Origin: the human T2T-CHM13v2.0 reference genome, Homo sapiens
DNA length: 64,000 nucleotides
Reading direction: 5' to 3' (one strand)
Assembly (NCBI RefSeq): GCF_009914755.1
Contig: NC_060933.1
The notes under the pieces are model-generated. The model had not been told where the DNA came from. It did not search any database and saw only the letters and a program-made list of their open reading frames with translations. This document shows, in pieces, positions 13,856 to 28,300 of the stretch (position 1 is its first letter; each line of letters opens with the position of its first letter). The position numbers and the translations under genes were made by a program.

Positions 13856-16800
13856 TTCCATTCCGTTCCGTTCCATTCCATTCCATTCGATTCTATTCGG
13901 GTTAATTCAATTCCATTCCATTCGATTGCAATCGAGTTGATTCCATTCCATTCCATTCCATTCCATTCCATTCCATTCCATTCCATTCCTTTCCATTCCA
14001 TTACGGATGATTCCATTCCATTGCATTCCATTCCATTCCATTCCCCTGTACTCGGGTTGATTCCATTCCATTCCATTCCAAGCCATGCCATTCCACTCGT
14101 GTTGATTCCATTCTTTCCATTCCATTCAAGTTGAATCCATTCCATTGCATTCCATTCCATTCGATTCCATTCGATTGCACTCGGGTTGATTCCATTCCAT
14201 TGCATTCCATTCCATTCCATTCCATTCCATTCCATTCCATTCCATTCCGTTCCATTCCATTCCATTACATTCGGATTGATTCTATTCAATTCCCTTACAC
14301 TCCATTACATTCCATTCCATTCGGGTAGTTTCCATTCCATTCCATTCCATTCCTCTCCATTCCATTGCACTCGGGTTGATTCCATTCCATTGCATTCCAT
14401 TCCATTCCATTCAATTCCATTCCGTTCCATTCCATTCCATTACATTCGGATTGATTCTATTCAACTCCCTTACTCTCCATTACATTCCATTCCATTCGGG
14501 TTGTTCCATTCCATTCCATTCCATTCCACTCCATTCCATTGCACTCGGGTTGATTCCATTCCATTCCATTCCATTCCATTCCATTCCATTCCGGAAGATT
14601 CCATTCCATTGCATTCCATTCCATTCCATTCCCCTGCACTCGCGTTGATTCCATTCCATTCCATTCTATTCCATTCCATTCCCTTCCTTTCCGTTCCATT
14701 CCATTCCATTCCATTCCATTCCATTCCATTCCATTCCGTTCCGTTCCATTCCGTTCCATTCCATTCTATTCGGGTTAATTCCATTCCATTCCATTCGATT
14801 GCAATCGAGTTGATTCCATTCCATTCCATTCCATTCCATTCAATTCCATTCCTTTCCATTCCATTACGGATCATTCCATTCCATTGCATTCCATTCCATT
14901 CCATTTCCCTATACTCGGGTTGATTCCATTCCATTCCATTCCAATCCATGCCATTCCACTCGTGTTGATTCCATTCTTTCCACTCCATTCAAGTTGAATC
15001 CATTCCATTGCATTCCATTCCATTCGATTCCATTCGATTGCACTCGGGTTGATTCCATTCCATTGCATTCCATTCCATTCCATTCCATTCCGTTCCATTC
15101 CATTTCATTACATTCAGATTGATTCTATTCAATTCCCTTACACTCCATTATATTCCAATCCATTCTGGTTGTCTCCATTCCATTCCATTCCATTTCACTC
15201 CATTCCATTGCACTCGGGTTGATTCCATTCCATTCCATTGCATTCCATTCCATTCCATACCGGATGATTCCATTGCATTGCATTCCATTCCATTCCATTC
15301 CCCTGCACTCGGGTTGATTCCATTCCATTCCATTCCATTACATTCCGTTCCATTCCATTCCATTGCATTCGGATTGATTCTATTCAATTCCCTTACACTC
15401 CATTACATTCCATTCCATTCGGGTAGTTTCCTTTCCATTCCATTCCATTCCTCTCCATTCCATTGCACTCGGGTTGATTCCATTCCATTCCATTCCATTC
15501 CATTCCATTCCATTCCATTACATTCCATTCCATTCCGTTCCATTGTACTCCGGTTGATTCCATTCCATTGCATTCCATTCCATTCCATTCCATTCCATTC
15601 CATTCCATTCCATTCCATTCCGTTCCATTCCATTACATTCGGATTGATTCTCTTCAACTCCCTTACTCTCCATTACATTCCATTCCATTCGGGTTGTTCC
15701 ATTCCATTCCATTCCATTCCACTCCATTCCATTGCGCTCAGGTTGATTCCATTCCATTCCATTCCATTCCATTCCATTCCGTTCCATTCCATTCCATTTC
15801 GGATGATTCCATTCCATTGCATTCCTTACATTACATTCCCCTGCACTCGGGTGGATTCCATTCCATTCCAATTCTTTCCATTCCATTCTATTCCGTACCA
15901 TTCCATTCCATTCCATACAATTCCATTCCATTCCATTCCACTCAGTTCCGTTCCGTTCCGTTCTGTTCCGTTCCATTCCATTCCATTCCATTCCATTCGG
16001 TTTAATTCCATTCCATTCCATTCCATTCCATTCCATTCCATTCTATTCCATTCCATTGCAATCGAGTTGAATCCATTGCATTCCATTCCATTCCATTCCA
16101 TTCCATTCCATTGCATTCTGGAAGATTCCATTACATTGCATTCCATTCCATTCCATTCCATTCCATTCCATTCCACTGTACTCGGGTTGATTCCATTCCA
16201 TTGCATTGCATTCCATTCCATTCCATTCCATTCCATTCCGTTCCATTCCATTCCATTACATTCGGATTGATTCTTTTCAACTCCCTTACTCTCCATTACA
16301 TTCCATTCCATTCGGTAGTTTCCATTCCATTCCATTCCATTCCTCTCCATTCCATTGCACTCGGGTTGATTCCATTCCATTGCATTCCATTCCATTCCAT
16401 TCAATTCCATTCCGTTCCATTCCATTCCATTACATTCGGATTGATTCTATTCAACTCCCTTACTCTCCGTTACATTCCATTCCACTGGGGTTGTTCCATT
16501 CCATTCCATTCCATTCCACTCCATTCCATTGCACTCGGGTTTATTCCATTCCATTCCATTCCATTCCATTCCATTCCATTCCGGAAGATTCCATTCCATT
16601 GCATTCCATTCCATTCCATTCCCCTGCACTCGCGTTGATTCCATTGCATTGCATTCCATTCCATTCCATTCCATTCCATTCCATTCCATTCCATTCCTTT
16701 CCGTTCCGTTCCATTCCATTCCATTCCATTCCATTCCATTCCATTCCGTTCCGTTCCGTTCCGTTCCATTCCATTCCATTCCATTCTATTCAGGTTAATT

Positions 16801-19800
16801 CCATTCCATTCCATTCGACTGCAATCGAGTTGATTCCATTCCATTCCATTCCATTCCATTCCATTCCTTTCCATTCCATTACGGATGATTCCATTCCATT
16901 GCATTCCATTCCATTCCATTCCCCTGTACTCGGGTTGATTCCATTCCATTCCATTCCAATCCACGCCATTCCACTCGTGTTGATTCCATTCTTTCCATTC
17001 CATTCAAGTTGAATCCATTCCATTGCATTCCATTCCATTCCATTCCCCTGCAGTCGGGTTGATTCCATTCCATTCCATTCCATTCCATTCCGTTCCGTTC
17101 TGTTCCGTTCCATTCCATTCCATTCCATTCCATTCTTTTCGTGTTAATTCCATTCCATTCCATTCCATTCCATTCCATTCCAATCGAGTTGATTCCATTC
17201 CATTCCATTCCATTCCATTCCACTCCATTCCAGTCCTTTCCATTCCATTCCACTCGGGTTGATTCCAATGTATTCCTTTCCATTCCATTCCATTCCATTG
17301 CAATCGAGTTGATTCCATTGCTTTGCATTCCATTCCATTCCATTCCATTCCGGATGATTCCATTCCATTGCATTCCATTCAATTCCATTCCCCTGCACTC
17401 GGGTTGATTCCATTCCATTCCATTCCGTTCCGTTCCATTCCATTCCATTCCATTCTATTCGGGTTAATTCCATTCCATTCCATTCGATTGCAATCGTGTT
17501 GATTCCATTCCATTCCATTCCATTCCTTTCCATTCCATTACGGATGATTCCATTCCATTGCATTCCATTCCATTTCATTCCCCTGTACTCGGGTTGATTC
17601 CATTCCATTGCATTCCAATCCATGCCCTTCCACTCGTGTTGATTCCATTCTTTCCATTCCATTCAATTTGAATCCATTCCATTGCATTCCATTCCATTCG
17701 ATTCCATTCGATTGCCCTCGGGTTGATTGCATTCTATTGCATTCCATTCCATTCCATTCCATTCCATTCCATTCCATTCCGTTCCATTCCATTCCATTAC
17801 ATTCGGATTGATTCTATTCAATTCCCTTACACTCCATTACATTCCATTCCATTCGGGTAGTTTCCATTCCATTCCATTCCATTCCTCTCCATTCCATTGC
17901 ACTCGGGTTGATTCCATTCCATTGCATTCCATTCCATTCCATTCAATTCTATTCCGTTCCATTCCATTCCATTACATTCGGATTGATTCTATTCAACTCC
18001 CTTACTCTCCATTACATTCCATTCCATTCGGGCTGTTCCATTCCATTCCATTCCATTCCACTCCATTCCATTGCACTCGGGTTTATTCCATTCCATTCCA
18101 TTCCATTCCATTACATTCCATTCCATTCCATTCCGGAAGATTTCATTCCATTGCATTCAATTCCATTCCATTCCCCTGCACTCGCGTTGATTCCATTCCA
18201 TTCCATTCCATTCCATTCCATTCCATTCCATTCCATTCAATTCCATACCTTTCCATTCCATTCCATTCCATTCCATTCCATTCCATTCTATTCGGGTAAT
18301 TCCATTCCAATCCATTCGATTGCAATCGAGTTGATTCCATTCCATTCCATTCCATTCCATTCCATTCCATTCCATTCCATTCCATTCCTTTCCATTCCAT
18401 TACGGATGATTCCATTCCATTGCATTCCATTCCATTCCATTCCCCTGTACTCGGGTTCATTCCATTCCATTCCATTCCAATCCATGCCATTCCACTCGTG
18501 TTGATTCCATTCTTTCCATTCCATTCAAGTTGAATCCATTCCATTGCATTCCATTCCATTCCATTCCCCTGCAGTCGGGTTGATTCCATTCCATTCCATT
18601 CCATTCCATTCCATTCCATTCCATTCCGTTCCGTTCCGTTCCATTGCATTCCATTCCATTCTATTCGGGTTAATTCCATTCCATTCCATTCCATTCCATT
18701 CCGTTCCATTCCAATCGAGTTGATTCCATTCCATTCCATTCCATTCCATTACATTCCATTCCATTCCCTCCATTCCAGTCCTTTCCATTTCATTCCACTC
18801 GGGTTGATTCCAATGTATTCCTTTCCATTCCATTCCATTCCATTGCAATCGAGTTGATTCCATTGCTTTGCATTTCATTCCATTCCATTCCATTCCGGAT
18901 GATTCCATTCCATTGCATTCCATTCCATTCCATTCCCCTGCACTCTGGTTGATTCCATTCCATTCCACTCCATTCCGTTCCATTCCATTCCATTCCATTG
19001 TATTCGGGTTAATTCCATTCCATTCCATTCCATTCCATTCCATTCCATTACAATCGAGTTGATTCCATTCCATTCCATTCCATTCCATTCCATTCCAGTC
19101 CTTTCCATTCCATTCCACTCTCGTTGATTCCATTCTATTAGTTTCCATTCCATTCCATTCCCTTCCATTCCACTCTGGTTGATTCCATTCCTTTCCATTC
19201 CACTCGAATACATTCCCTCCTATTCCACTCGGAACGATTCCATTCCATTCCATTCCATTCCATTCCATTTCGATGCATTCCATTCTATTCCGTATCATTC
19301 CATTCCATTCCATTCCATTCCATTCCATTCCATTCCATTCCATTCCATTCCATTCCATTCCATTGTACTCGGGTTGATTGCATTCCATTGCATTCCATTC
19401 CATTCCATTCCGTTGCATTCCATTTCATTACATTCGGATTGATTCTATTCAACTCCCTTACTCTCCATTACATTCCATTCCATTCGGGTTGTTCCATTCC
19501 ATTCCATTCCATTCCACTCCATTCCATTGCACTCGGGTTGATTCCATTCCATTCCATTCCATTCCATTCCATTCCATTCCATTCCGGATGATTCCATTTC
19601 ATTGCATTCCGTTCCATTACATTCCCCTGCACTCGCGTTGATTCCATTCCATTCCATTCAATTCCATTCCATTACAATTCGTTACATTCCATTCTATTCC
19701 GTACCATTCCATTCCATTCCATACTATTCCATTCCATTCCATTCCATTCCATTCCGTTCCATTCCGTTGCATTGCATTCCATTCCATTCTATTCGGGTTT

Positions 19801-22359
19801 ATTCCATTCCATTCCATTCAATTCCATTCCATTCTATTCCATTCCATTGCAATCGAGTTGAATCCATTGCATTTCATTCCATTCCATTCCATTCCATTCC
19901 ATTCCGGAAGATTCCATTCCATTGCATTCCATTCCATTCCATTCCCCTGCACTCGCGTTAATTCCATTCCATTCCATTCCATTCCATTCCGTTCCGTTCC
20001 ATTCCATTCCATTCCATTCCATTCCATTCCATTCCGTTCCTTTCCATTCCATTCCATTCCATTCTATTCGGGTTAATTCCATTCCATTCCATTCGATTGC
20101 AATCGAGTTGATTCCATTCCATTGCATTCCATTCCATTCGATTCCATTCGATTGCACTCGGGTTGATTCCATTCCATTGCATTGCATTCCATTCCATTCC
20201 ATTCCATTCCATTCCATTCCATTCCATTCCGTTCCATTCCTTTCCATTACATTCGGATTGTTTCTATTCAATTCCCTTACACTCCATTCCATTCCATTCC
20301 ATTCCATTCCATTCCATTCCATTCCTTTCCATTCCATTACGGATGATTCCATTCCATTGCATTCCATTCCATTCCATTCCCCTGTACTCGGGTTGATTCC
20401 ATTCCATTGCATTCCAATCCATGCCCTTCCACTCTTGTTGATTCCATTCTTTCCATTCCATTCAAGTTGAATCCATTCCATTGCATTCCATTCCATTCGA
20501 TTCCATTCGATTGCACTCGGGTTGATTCCATTTCATTGCATTCCATTCCATTCCACTCCATTCCATTGCACTCGGGTTTATTCCATTCCATTCCATTCCA
20601 TTCCATTCCATTCCATTCCATTCCGGAAGATTCCATTCCTTTGCATTCCATTCCAATCCATTCCCCTGCACTCGCGTTGATTCCATTGCATTCCATTCCA
20701 TTCCATTCCATTCCATTCCATTCCTTTCCGTTCCATTCCTTTCCATTCCATTCCATTCCGTTCCGTTCCGTTCCGTTCCATTCCATTCCATTCCATTCTA
20801 TTTAGGTTAATTCCATTCCATTCCATTCGACTGCAATCGAGTTGATTCCATTCCATTCCATTCCATTCCATTCCATTCCATTCCATTCCTTTCCATTCCA
20901 TTACGGATGATTCCATTCCATTGCATTCCATTCCATTCCATTCCCCTGTACTCGGGTTGATTCCTTTCCATTCCATTCCAATCCATGCCATTCCACTCGT
21001 GTTGATTCCACTCTTTCCATTCCATTCAAGTTGAATCCATTCCATTGCATTCCATTCCATTCCATTACCCTGCAGTCGGGTTGATTCCATTCCATTCCAT
21101 TCCATTCCATTCCATTCCATTCCATTCCATTGCATTCCGTTCCGTTTCGTTCCATTCCATTCCATTCCATTCCATTCTATTCGGGTTAATTCCATTCCAT
21201 TCCATTCCATTCCATTCCATTCCATTCCATTCCAATCGAGTTGATTCCATTCCATTCCATTCCATTCCATTCCATTCCACTCCATTCCAGTCCTTTCCAT
21301 TCCATTCCACTCGGGTTGATTCCAATGTATTCCTTTCCATTCCATTCCATTGCATTGCAATCGAGTTGATTCCATTGCTTTGCATTCCATTCCATTCCAT
21401 TGCATTCCGGATGATTCCGTTCCATTGCATTCCATTCCATTCCATTCCCCTGCACTCGGGTTGATTCCATTCCATTCCACTCCATTCCGTTCCATTCCAT
21501 TCCATTCCATTGTATTCGGGTTAATTCCATTCCATTCCATTCCATTCCATTCCATTCCATCACAATCGAGTTGGTTCCATTCCATTCCTTTCCATTCCAT
21601 TGCATTCCATTCCGGATGATTCCATTCCATTACATTCCGTTCCATTACATTCCCCTGCACTCGGGTTGATTCCATTCCATTCCATTCCATTCCATTCGAT
21701 TCCATTCCATTCCAATTCTTTCCATTCCATTCTATTCCGTACCATTCCATTCCATTCCATACCATTCCATTCCATTCCATTCCATTCCGTTCCGTTCCGT
21801 TCCCTTCCATTCCATTCCATTCCATTTTATTCGGGTTAATTCCATTCCATTCCATTCCATTCCATTCCATTCTATTCCATTCCATTGCAATCGAGTTGAA
21901 TCCATTGCATTCAATTCCATTCCATTCCATTCCATTGCAATCGAGTTGAATCCATTGCATTCCATTCCATTCCATTCCGGAAGATTCCATTCCATTGCAT
22001 TCCATTCCATTCCATTCCCCTGCACTCGCGTTGATTCCATTCCATTCCATTCCGTTCCGTTCCGTTGCGTTCCGTTCCATTCCATTCCATTCCATTCCGT
22101 TCCGTTCCGTTCCGTTCCATTCCATTCCAATCTATTCGGGTTAATTCCATTCCATTCCATTCGATTGCAATCGAGTTGATTCCATTCCATTCCATTCCAT
22201 TCCTTTCCATTCCATTCCATTCCATTCCATTCCATTCCATTCCTTTCCATTCCATTACGGATGATTCCATTCCACTGCATTACATTCCATTCCATTCCCC
22301 TGTACTCGGGTTAATTCCATTCCATTCCATTCCATTCCATTCTATTCCATTCCATTCCA

Positions 22360-25300
22360 TTCCATTCTGGAAGATTCCATTCCATTGCATTCCATTTCAT
22401 TCCATTCCACTTCACTCGCGTTGATTCCATTCCATTGCATTCCATTCCATTCCATTCCATTCCGATCCGTTCCATTCCAGTCCATTCCATTCCATTCCGT
22501 TCCATTCCATTCCATTCCATTCCATTCCATTCCATTCTATTCGGGTTAATTCCATTCCATTCCATTCGATTGCAATCGAGTTGATTTCATTCCATTCCAT
22601 TCCAATCCATGCCATTCCACTGGTGTTGCTTCCATTCTTTCCATTCCATTCAAGTTGAATCCATTCCATTGCATTCCATTCCATTCGATTCCATTCGATT
22701 GCACTCGGGTTGATTCCATGGCATTGCATTCCATTCCATTCCATTCCATTCCATTCCATTCCATTCCTTTCCATTCCATTCCATTCCATTCCATTCGGAT
22801 TCATTCTATTCAATTCCCTTACACTCCATTACATTCCATTCCATTCGTGTAGTTTCCATTCCACTGCATTCCATTCCTCTCCATTCCATTGCACTCGGGT
22901 TGATTCCATTCCATTCCATTCCATTCCATTCCATTCCATTCCGGATGATTCCATTCCATTGAATTCCATGGCATTCCATTCCCCTGCACTTGGGTTGATT
23001 CCATTCCATTCCATTCCATTCCTTTCTGTTCCATTCCATTCCATTAAATTCCATTCATTCGTGTTAATTCCATTCCATTCTATTCCATTCCATTCCATTG
23101 AAATCGAGTTGATTCCATTCCATTCCATTCCATTCCATTCCATTCCATTCCATTCCGGATGACTCCATTCCATTGCATTCCATTCCATTCCATTCCCCTG
23201 CACTCGGGTTGATTCCATTCCATTCCATTCCATTACATTCCATTCCATTCCGTCCCGTTTCATTCTATTCGTGTTAATTCCATTCCATTCCATTCCACTC
23301 CATTCCAGTCCTTTCCATTCCATTCCACTCGGGTTGATTCCATTCTATTCCTTTCAATTCCATTCCATTCCATTGCAATCGAGTTGATTCCATTCGAGTT
23401 GAATCCATTCCATTCCATTCCATTCCATTCCATTGCACACGGGTTCATTCCATTCCATTCCATTCCATTCCATTCCATTACATATCATTCCATTCCATTC
23501 TATTCCGTACCATTCCATTCCATCCCATTCCATTCCGTTCCATTCCATGCCATTACACTCGGGTTGATTCCATTCCTTTCCATTCCATTCTTGTTGAACC
23601 CATTCCATTCCATTCCATTCCATTCGAATCCATTCCATTGCACTCGGGTTGATTCCATTCCATTCCATTCCATTCCATTTCATTCCATTCCATTCCATTA
23701 CATTCGGATTGATTCTATTCAATTCCCTTACACTCCATTACATTCCATTACATTCGGGATGTTTCCATTCCATTCCATTCCATTCCACTCCATTCCATTG
23801 CATCAGGTTGATTGCATTCCATTCCATTCCATTCCATTCCGGATGATTCCATTCCATTGCATTCCATTCCATTCCATTCCCCTGCACTCGGGTTGATTCC
23901 ATTCCATTCCATTCCATTCCATTCCATTCCGTTCCATTCCATTCCATTCCATTCTATTCCGGTTAATTCCATTCCATTCCATTGGATTCCATTCCATTCC
24001 ATTCCATTCCATTGCAATCGAGTTGATTCCATTCCATTCCATTCCATTCCGTTCCGGATGATTCCATTCCATTCCATTCCATTCCATTCCCCTGCAGTCG
24101 GGTTGATTCCATTCCATTCCATTCCATTCCATTCCGTTCCATTCCATTCCATTCCATTCTATTCGGGTTAATTCCATTCCATTCCATTCCATTCCATTCC
24201 GTTCCAATCGAGTTGATTCCATTCCATTCCATTCCATTCCATTCCACTCCATTCCAGTCCTTTCCATTCCATTACACTCGGGTTGATTCCATTCTATTCC
24301 TTTCTATTCCATTCCATTCCATTGCAATCGAGTTGATTCCATTGCTTTGCATTCCATTCCATTCCATTCCATTCCGGATGATTCCATTCCATTGCATTCC
24401 ATTCCATTCCATTCCCCTGCACTCGGGTTGATTCCATTCCATTCCACTCCATTCCGTTCCATTCCGTTCCATTCCATTGTATTCGGGTTAATTCCATTCC
24501 ATTCCATTCCATTCCATTCTATTCCATTCCATTCCATTCCATTACAATGGAGTTGATTCCATGCCATTCCATTCCATTCCATTCCATTCCAGTCCTTTCC
24601 ATTCCATTCCACTCGGGTTCATTCCATTCTGTTAGTTTCCATTCCATTCCATTCCCTTCCATTCCACTCTGGTTGATTCCATTCCTTTCCATTCCACTCG
24701 AATACATTCCTTCCTATTCCACTCGGAACGATCCCATTCCATTCCATTCCATTCCATTCCATTCCATTCCAGTTCGTTCCATTCCGTTCTATTCCGTACC
24801 ATTCCATTCCATTCCATTCCTTTCCATTCCATTCCTTTCCACTCGTGTTGATTCCATTCCTTTCCATTACATTCGGTTTGAAGGCACTCCATTCCATTCA
24901 ATTCCATTAAATTCCATTCCATTCCATTCCATTCTATTCCATTCCATTGTAATCGAGTTGAATCCATTGCCTTTCATTCCATTCCATTCGATTCCACTCC
25001 ATTCCGGAAGATTCCATTCCATTGCATTCCATTCCATTCCATTCCCCTGCACTCGCGTAGATTCCATTCCATTCCATTCCATTCCATTCCGTTCCGTTCC
25101 ATTCCATTCCATTCCATTCCATTCCGTTCCGTTCCATTCCATTCCATTCCATTCTATTCGGGTTAATTCCATTCCATTCCATTCGATTGCCATCAAGTTG
25201 ATTCCATTCCATTCCATTCAATTCCATTCCATTCCATTCCATTCCATTCGATTGCCATCAAGTTGATTCCATTCCATTCCATTCCATTCCATTCCATTCC

Positions 25301-28300
25301 ATTCCATTCCATTCCATTCCTTTCCATTCCATTACGGATGACTCCATTCCATTGCATTCCATTCCATTCCATTCCCCTGTACTCGGGTTGATTCCATTCC
25401 ATTCCATTCCACTCCATTCGGTTCCGTTGCATTCCAATCTATTGCTTTCCATTCTATTCGGGTTAATTCCATTCCATTCTATTCCATTCCATTCCATTCC
25501 ATTCCATTGCAATGGAGTTGATTCCATTCCATTCCATTCCATTCTGGAAGATTCCATTCCATTGCATTCCATTTCATTCCATTCCACTTCACTCGCGTTG
25601 ATTCCATTCCATTGCATTCCATTCCATTCCATTCCATTCCGATCCGTTCCATTCCAGTCCATTCCATTCCATTCCGTTCCATTCCATTCCATTCCATTCC
25701 ATTCCATTCCATTCTATTCGGGTTAATTCCATTCCATTCCATTCGATTGCAATCGAGTTGATTTCATTCCATTCCATTCCAATCCATGCCATTCCACTGG
25801 TGTTGCTTCCATTCTTTCCATTCCATTCAAGTTGAATCCATTCCATTGCATTCCATTCCATTCGATTCCATTCGATTGCACTCGGGTTGATTCCATGGCA
25901 TTGCATTCCATTCCATTCCATTCCATTCCATTCCATTCCATTCCATTCCTTTCCATTCCATTCCATTCCATTCCATTCGGATTCATTCTATTCAATTCCC
26001 TTACACTCCATTACATTCCATTCCATTCGTGTAGTTTCCATTCCACTGCATTCCATTCCTCTCCATTCCATTGCACTCGGGTTGATTCCATTCCATTCCA
26101 TTCCATTCCATTCCATTCCATTCCGGATGATTCCATTCCATTGAATTCCATTGCATTCCATTCCCCTGCACTTGGGTTGATTCCATTCCATTCCATTCCA
26201 TTCCTTTCTGTTCCATTCCATTCCATTAAATTCCATTCATTCGTGTTAATTCCATTCCATTCTATTCCATTCCATTCCATTGAAATCGAGTTGATTCCAT
26301 TCCATTCCATTCCATTCCATTCCATTCCATTCCATTCCATTCCGGATGATTCCATTCCATTGCATTCCATTCCATTCCATTCCCCTGCACTCGGGTTGAT
26401 TCCATTCCATTCCATTCCATTACATTCCATTCCATTCCGTCCCGTTTCATTCTATTCGTGTTAATTCCATTCCATTCCATTCCACTCCATTCCAGTCCTT
26501 TCCATTCCATTACACTCGGGTTGATTCCATTCTATTCCTTTCAATTCCATTCCATTCCATTGCAATCGAGTTGATTCCATTCGAGTTGAATCCATTCCAT
26601 TCCATTCCATTCCATTCCATTGCACACGGGTTCATTCCATTCCATTCCATTCCATTCCATTCCATTACATATCATTCCATTCCATTCTATTCCGTACCAT
26701 TCCATTCCATCCCATTCCATTCCGTTCCATTCCATGCCATTACACTCGGGTTGATTCCATTCCTTTCCATTCCATTCTTGTTGAACCCATTCCATTCCAT
26801 TCCATTCCATTCGAATCCATTCCATTGCACTCGGGTTGATTCCATTCCATTCCATTCCATTCCATTTCATTCCATTCCATTCCATTACATTCGGATTGAT
26901 TCTATTCAATTCCCTTACACTCCATTACATTCCATTACATTCGGGATGTTTCCATTCCATTCCATTCCATTCCACTCCATTCCATTGCATCAGGTTGATT
27001 GCATTCCATTCCATTCCATTCCATTCCGGATGATTCCATTCCATTGCATTCCATTCCATTCCATTCCCCTGCACTCGGGTTGATTCCATTCCATTCCATT
27101 CCATTCCATTCCATTCCGTTCCATTCCATTCCATTCCATTCTATTCCGGTTAATTCCATTCCATTCCATTGGATTCCATTCCATTCCATTCCATTCCATT
27201 GCAATCGAGTTGATTCCATTCCATTCCATTCCATTCCGTTCCGGATGATTCCATTCCATTCCATTCCATTCCATTCCCCTGCAGTCGGGTTGATTCCATT
27301 CCATTCCATTCCATTCCATTCCGTTCCATTCCATTCCATTCCATTCTATTCGGGTTAATTCCATTCCATTCCATTCCATTCCATTCCGTTCCAATCGAGT
27401 TGATTCCATTCCATTCCATTCCATTCCATTCCACTCCATTCCAGTCCTTTCCATTCCATTACACTCGGGTTGATTCCATTCTATTCCTTTCTATTCCATT
27501 CCATTCCATTGCAATCGAGTTGATTCCATTGCTTTGCATTCCATTCCATTCCATTCCATTCCGGATGATTCCATTCCATTGCATTCCATTCCATTCCATT
27601 CCCCTGCACTCGGGTTGATTCCATTCCATTCCACTCCATTCCGTTCCATTCCGTTCCATTCCATTGTATTCGGGTTAATTCCATTCCATTCCATTCCATT
27701 CCATTCCATTCCATTCCATTCCATTCCATTCCATTACAATGGAGTTGATTCCATGCCATTCCATTCCATTCCATTCCATTCCAGTCCTTTCCATTCCATT
27801 CCACTCGGGTTCATTCCATTCTATTAGTTTCCATTCCATTCCATTCCCTTCCATTCCACTCTGGTTGATTCCATTCCTTTCCATTCCACTCGAATACATT
27901 CCTTCCTATTCCACTCGGAACGATCCCATTCCATTCCATTCCATTCCATTCCATTCCATTCCATTCCATTCCAGTTCGTTCCATTCCGTTCTATTCCGTA
28001 CCATTCCATTCCATTCCATTCCTTTCCATTCCATTCCTTTCCACTCGTGTTGATTCCATTCCTTTCCATTACATTCGGTTTGAAGGCACTCCATTCCATT
28101 CAATTCCATTAAATTCCATTCCATTCCATTCCATTCTATTCCATTCCATTGTAATCGAGTTGAATCCATTGCCTTTCATTCCATTCCATTCGATTCCACT
28201 CCATTCCGGAAGATTCCATTCCATTGCATTCCATTCCATTCCATTCCCCTGCACTCGGGTTGATTCCATTCCATTCCATTCCATTACATTCCATTCCATT

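Noticed and set aside
15119-16270. 383-aa + strand His/Pro/Phe-rich ORF
   Set aside because: Same pentamer artefact; it starts at a TTG inside a satellite landmark.
20578-22125. 515-aa ORF, and all other ORFs in the track (MEWNG/FHSIP repeats)
   Set aside because: A pure CATTC/GAATG repeat has no stop codon in any frame and supplies an ATG every 5 bp on the - strand, so long overlapping ORFs in all six frames are expected. There is no domain or gene context. Translation of Sat III RNA cannot be judged from sequence.
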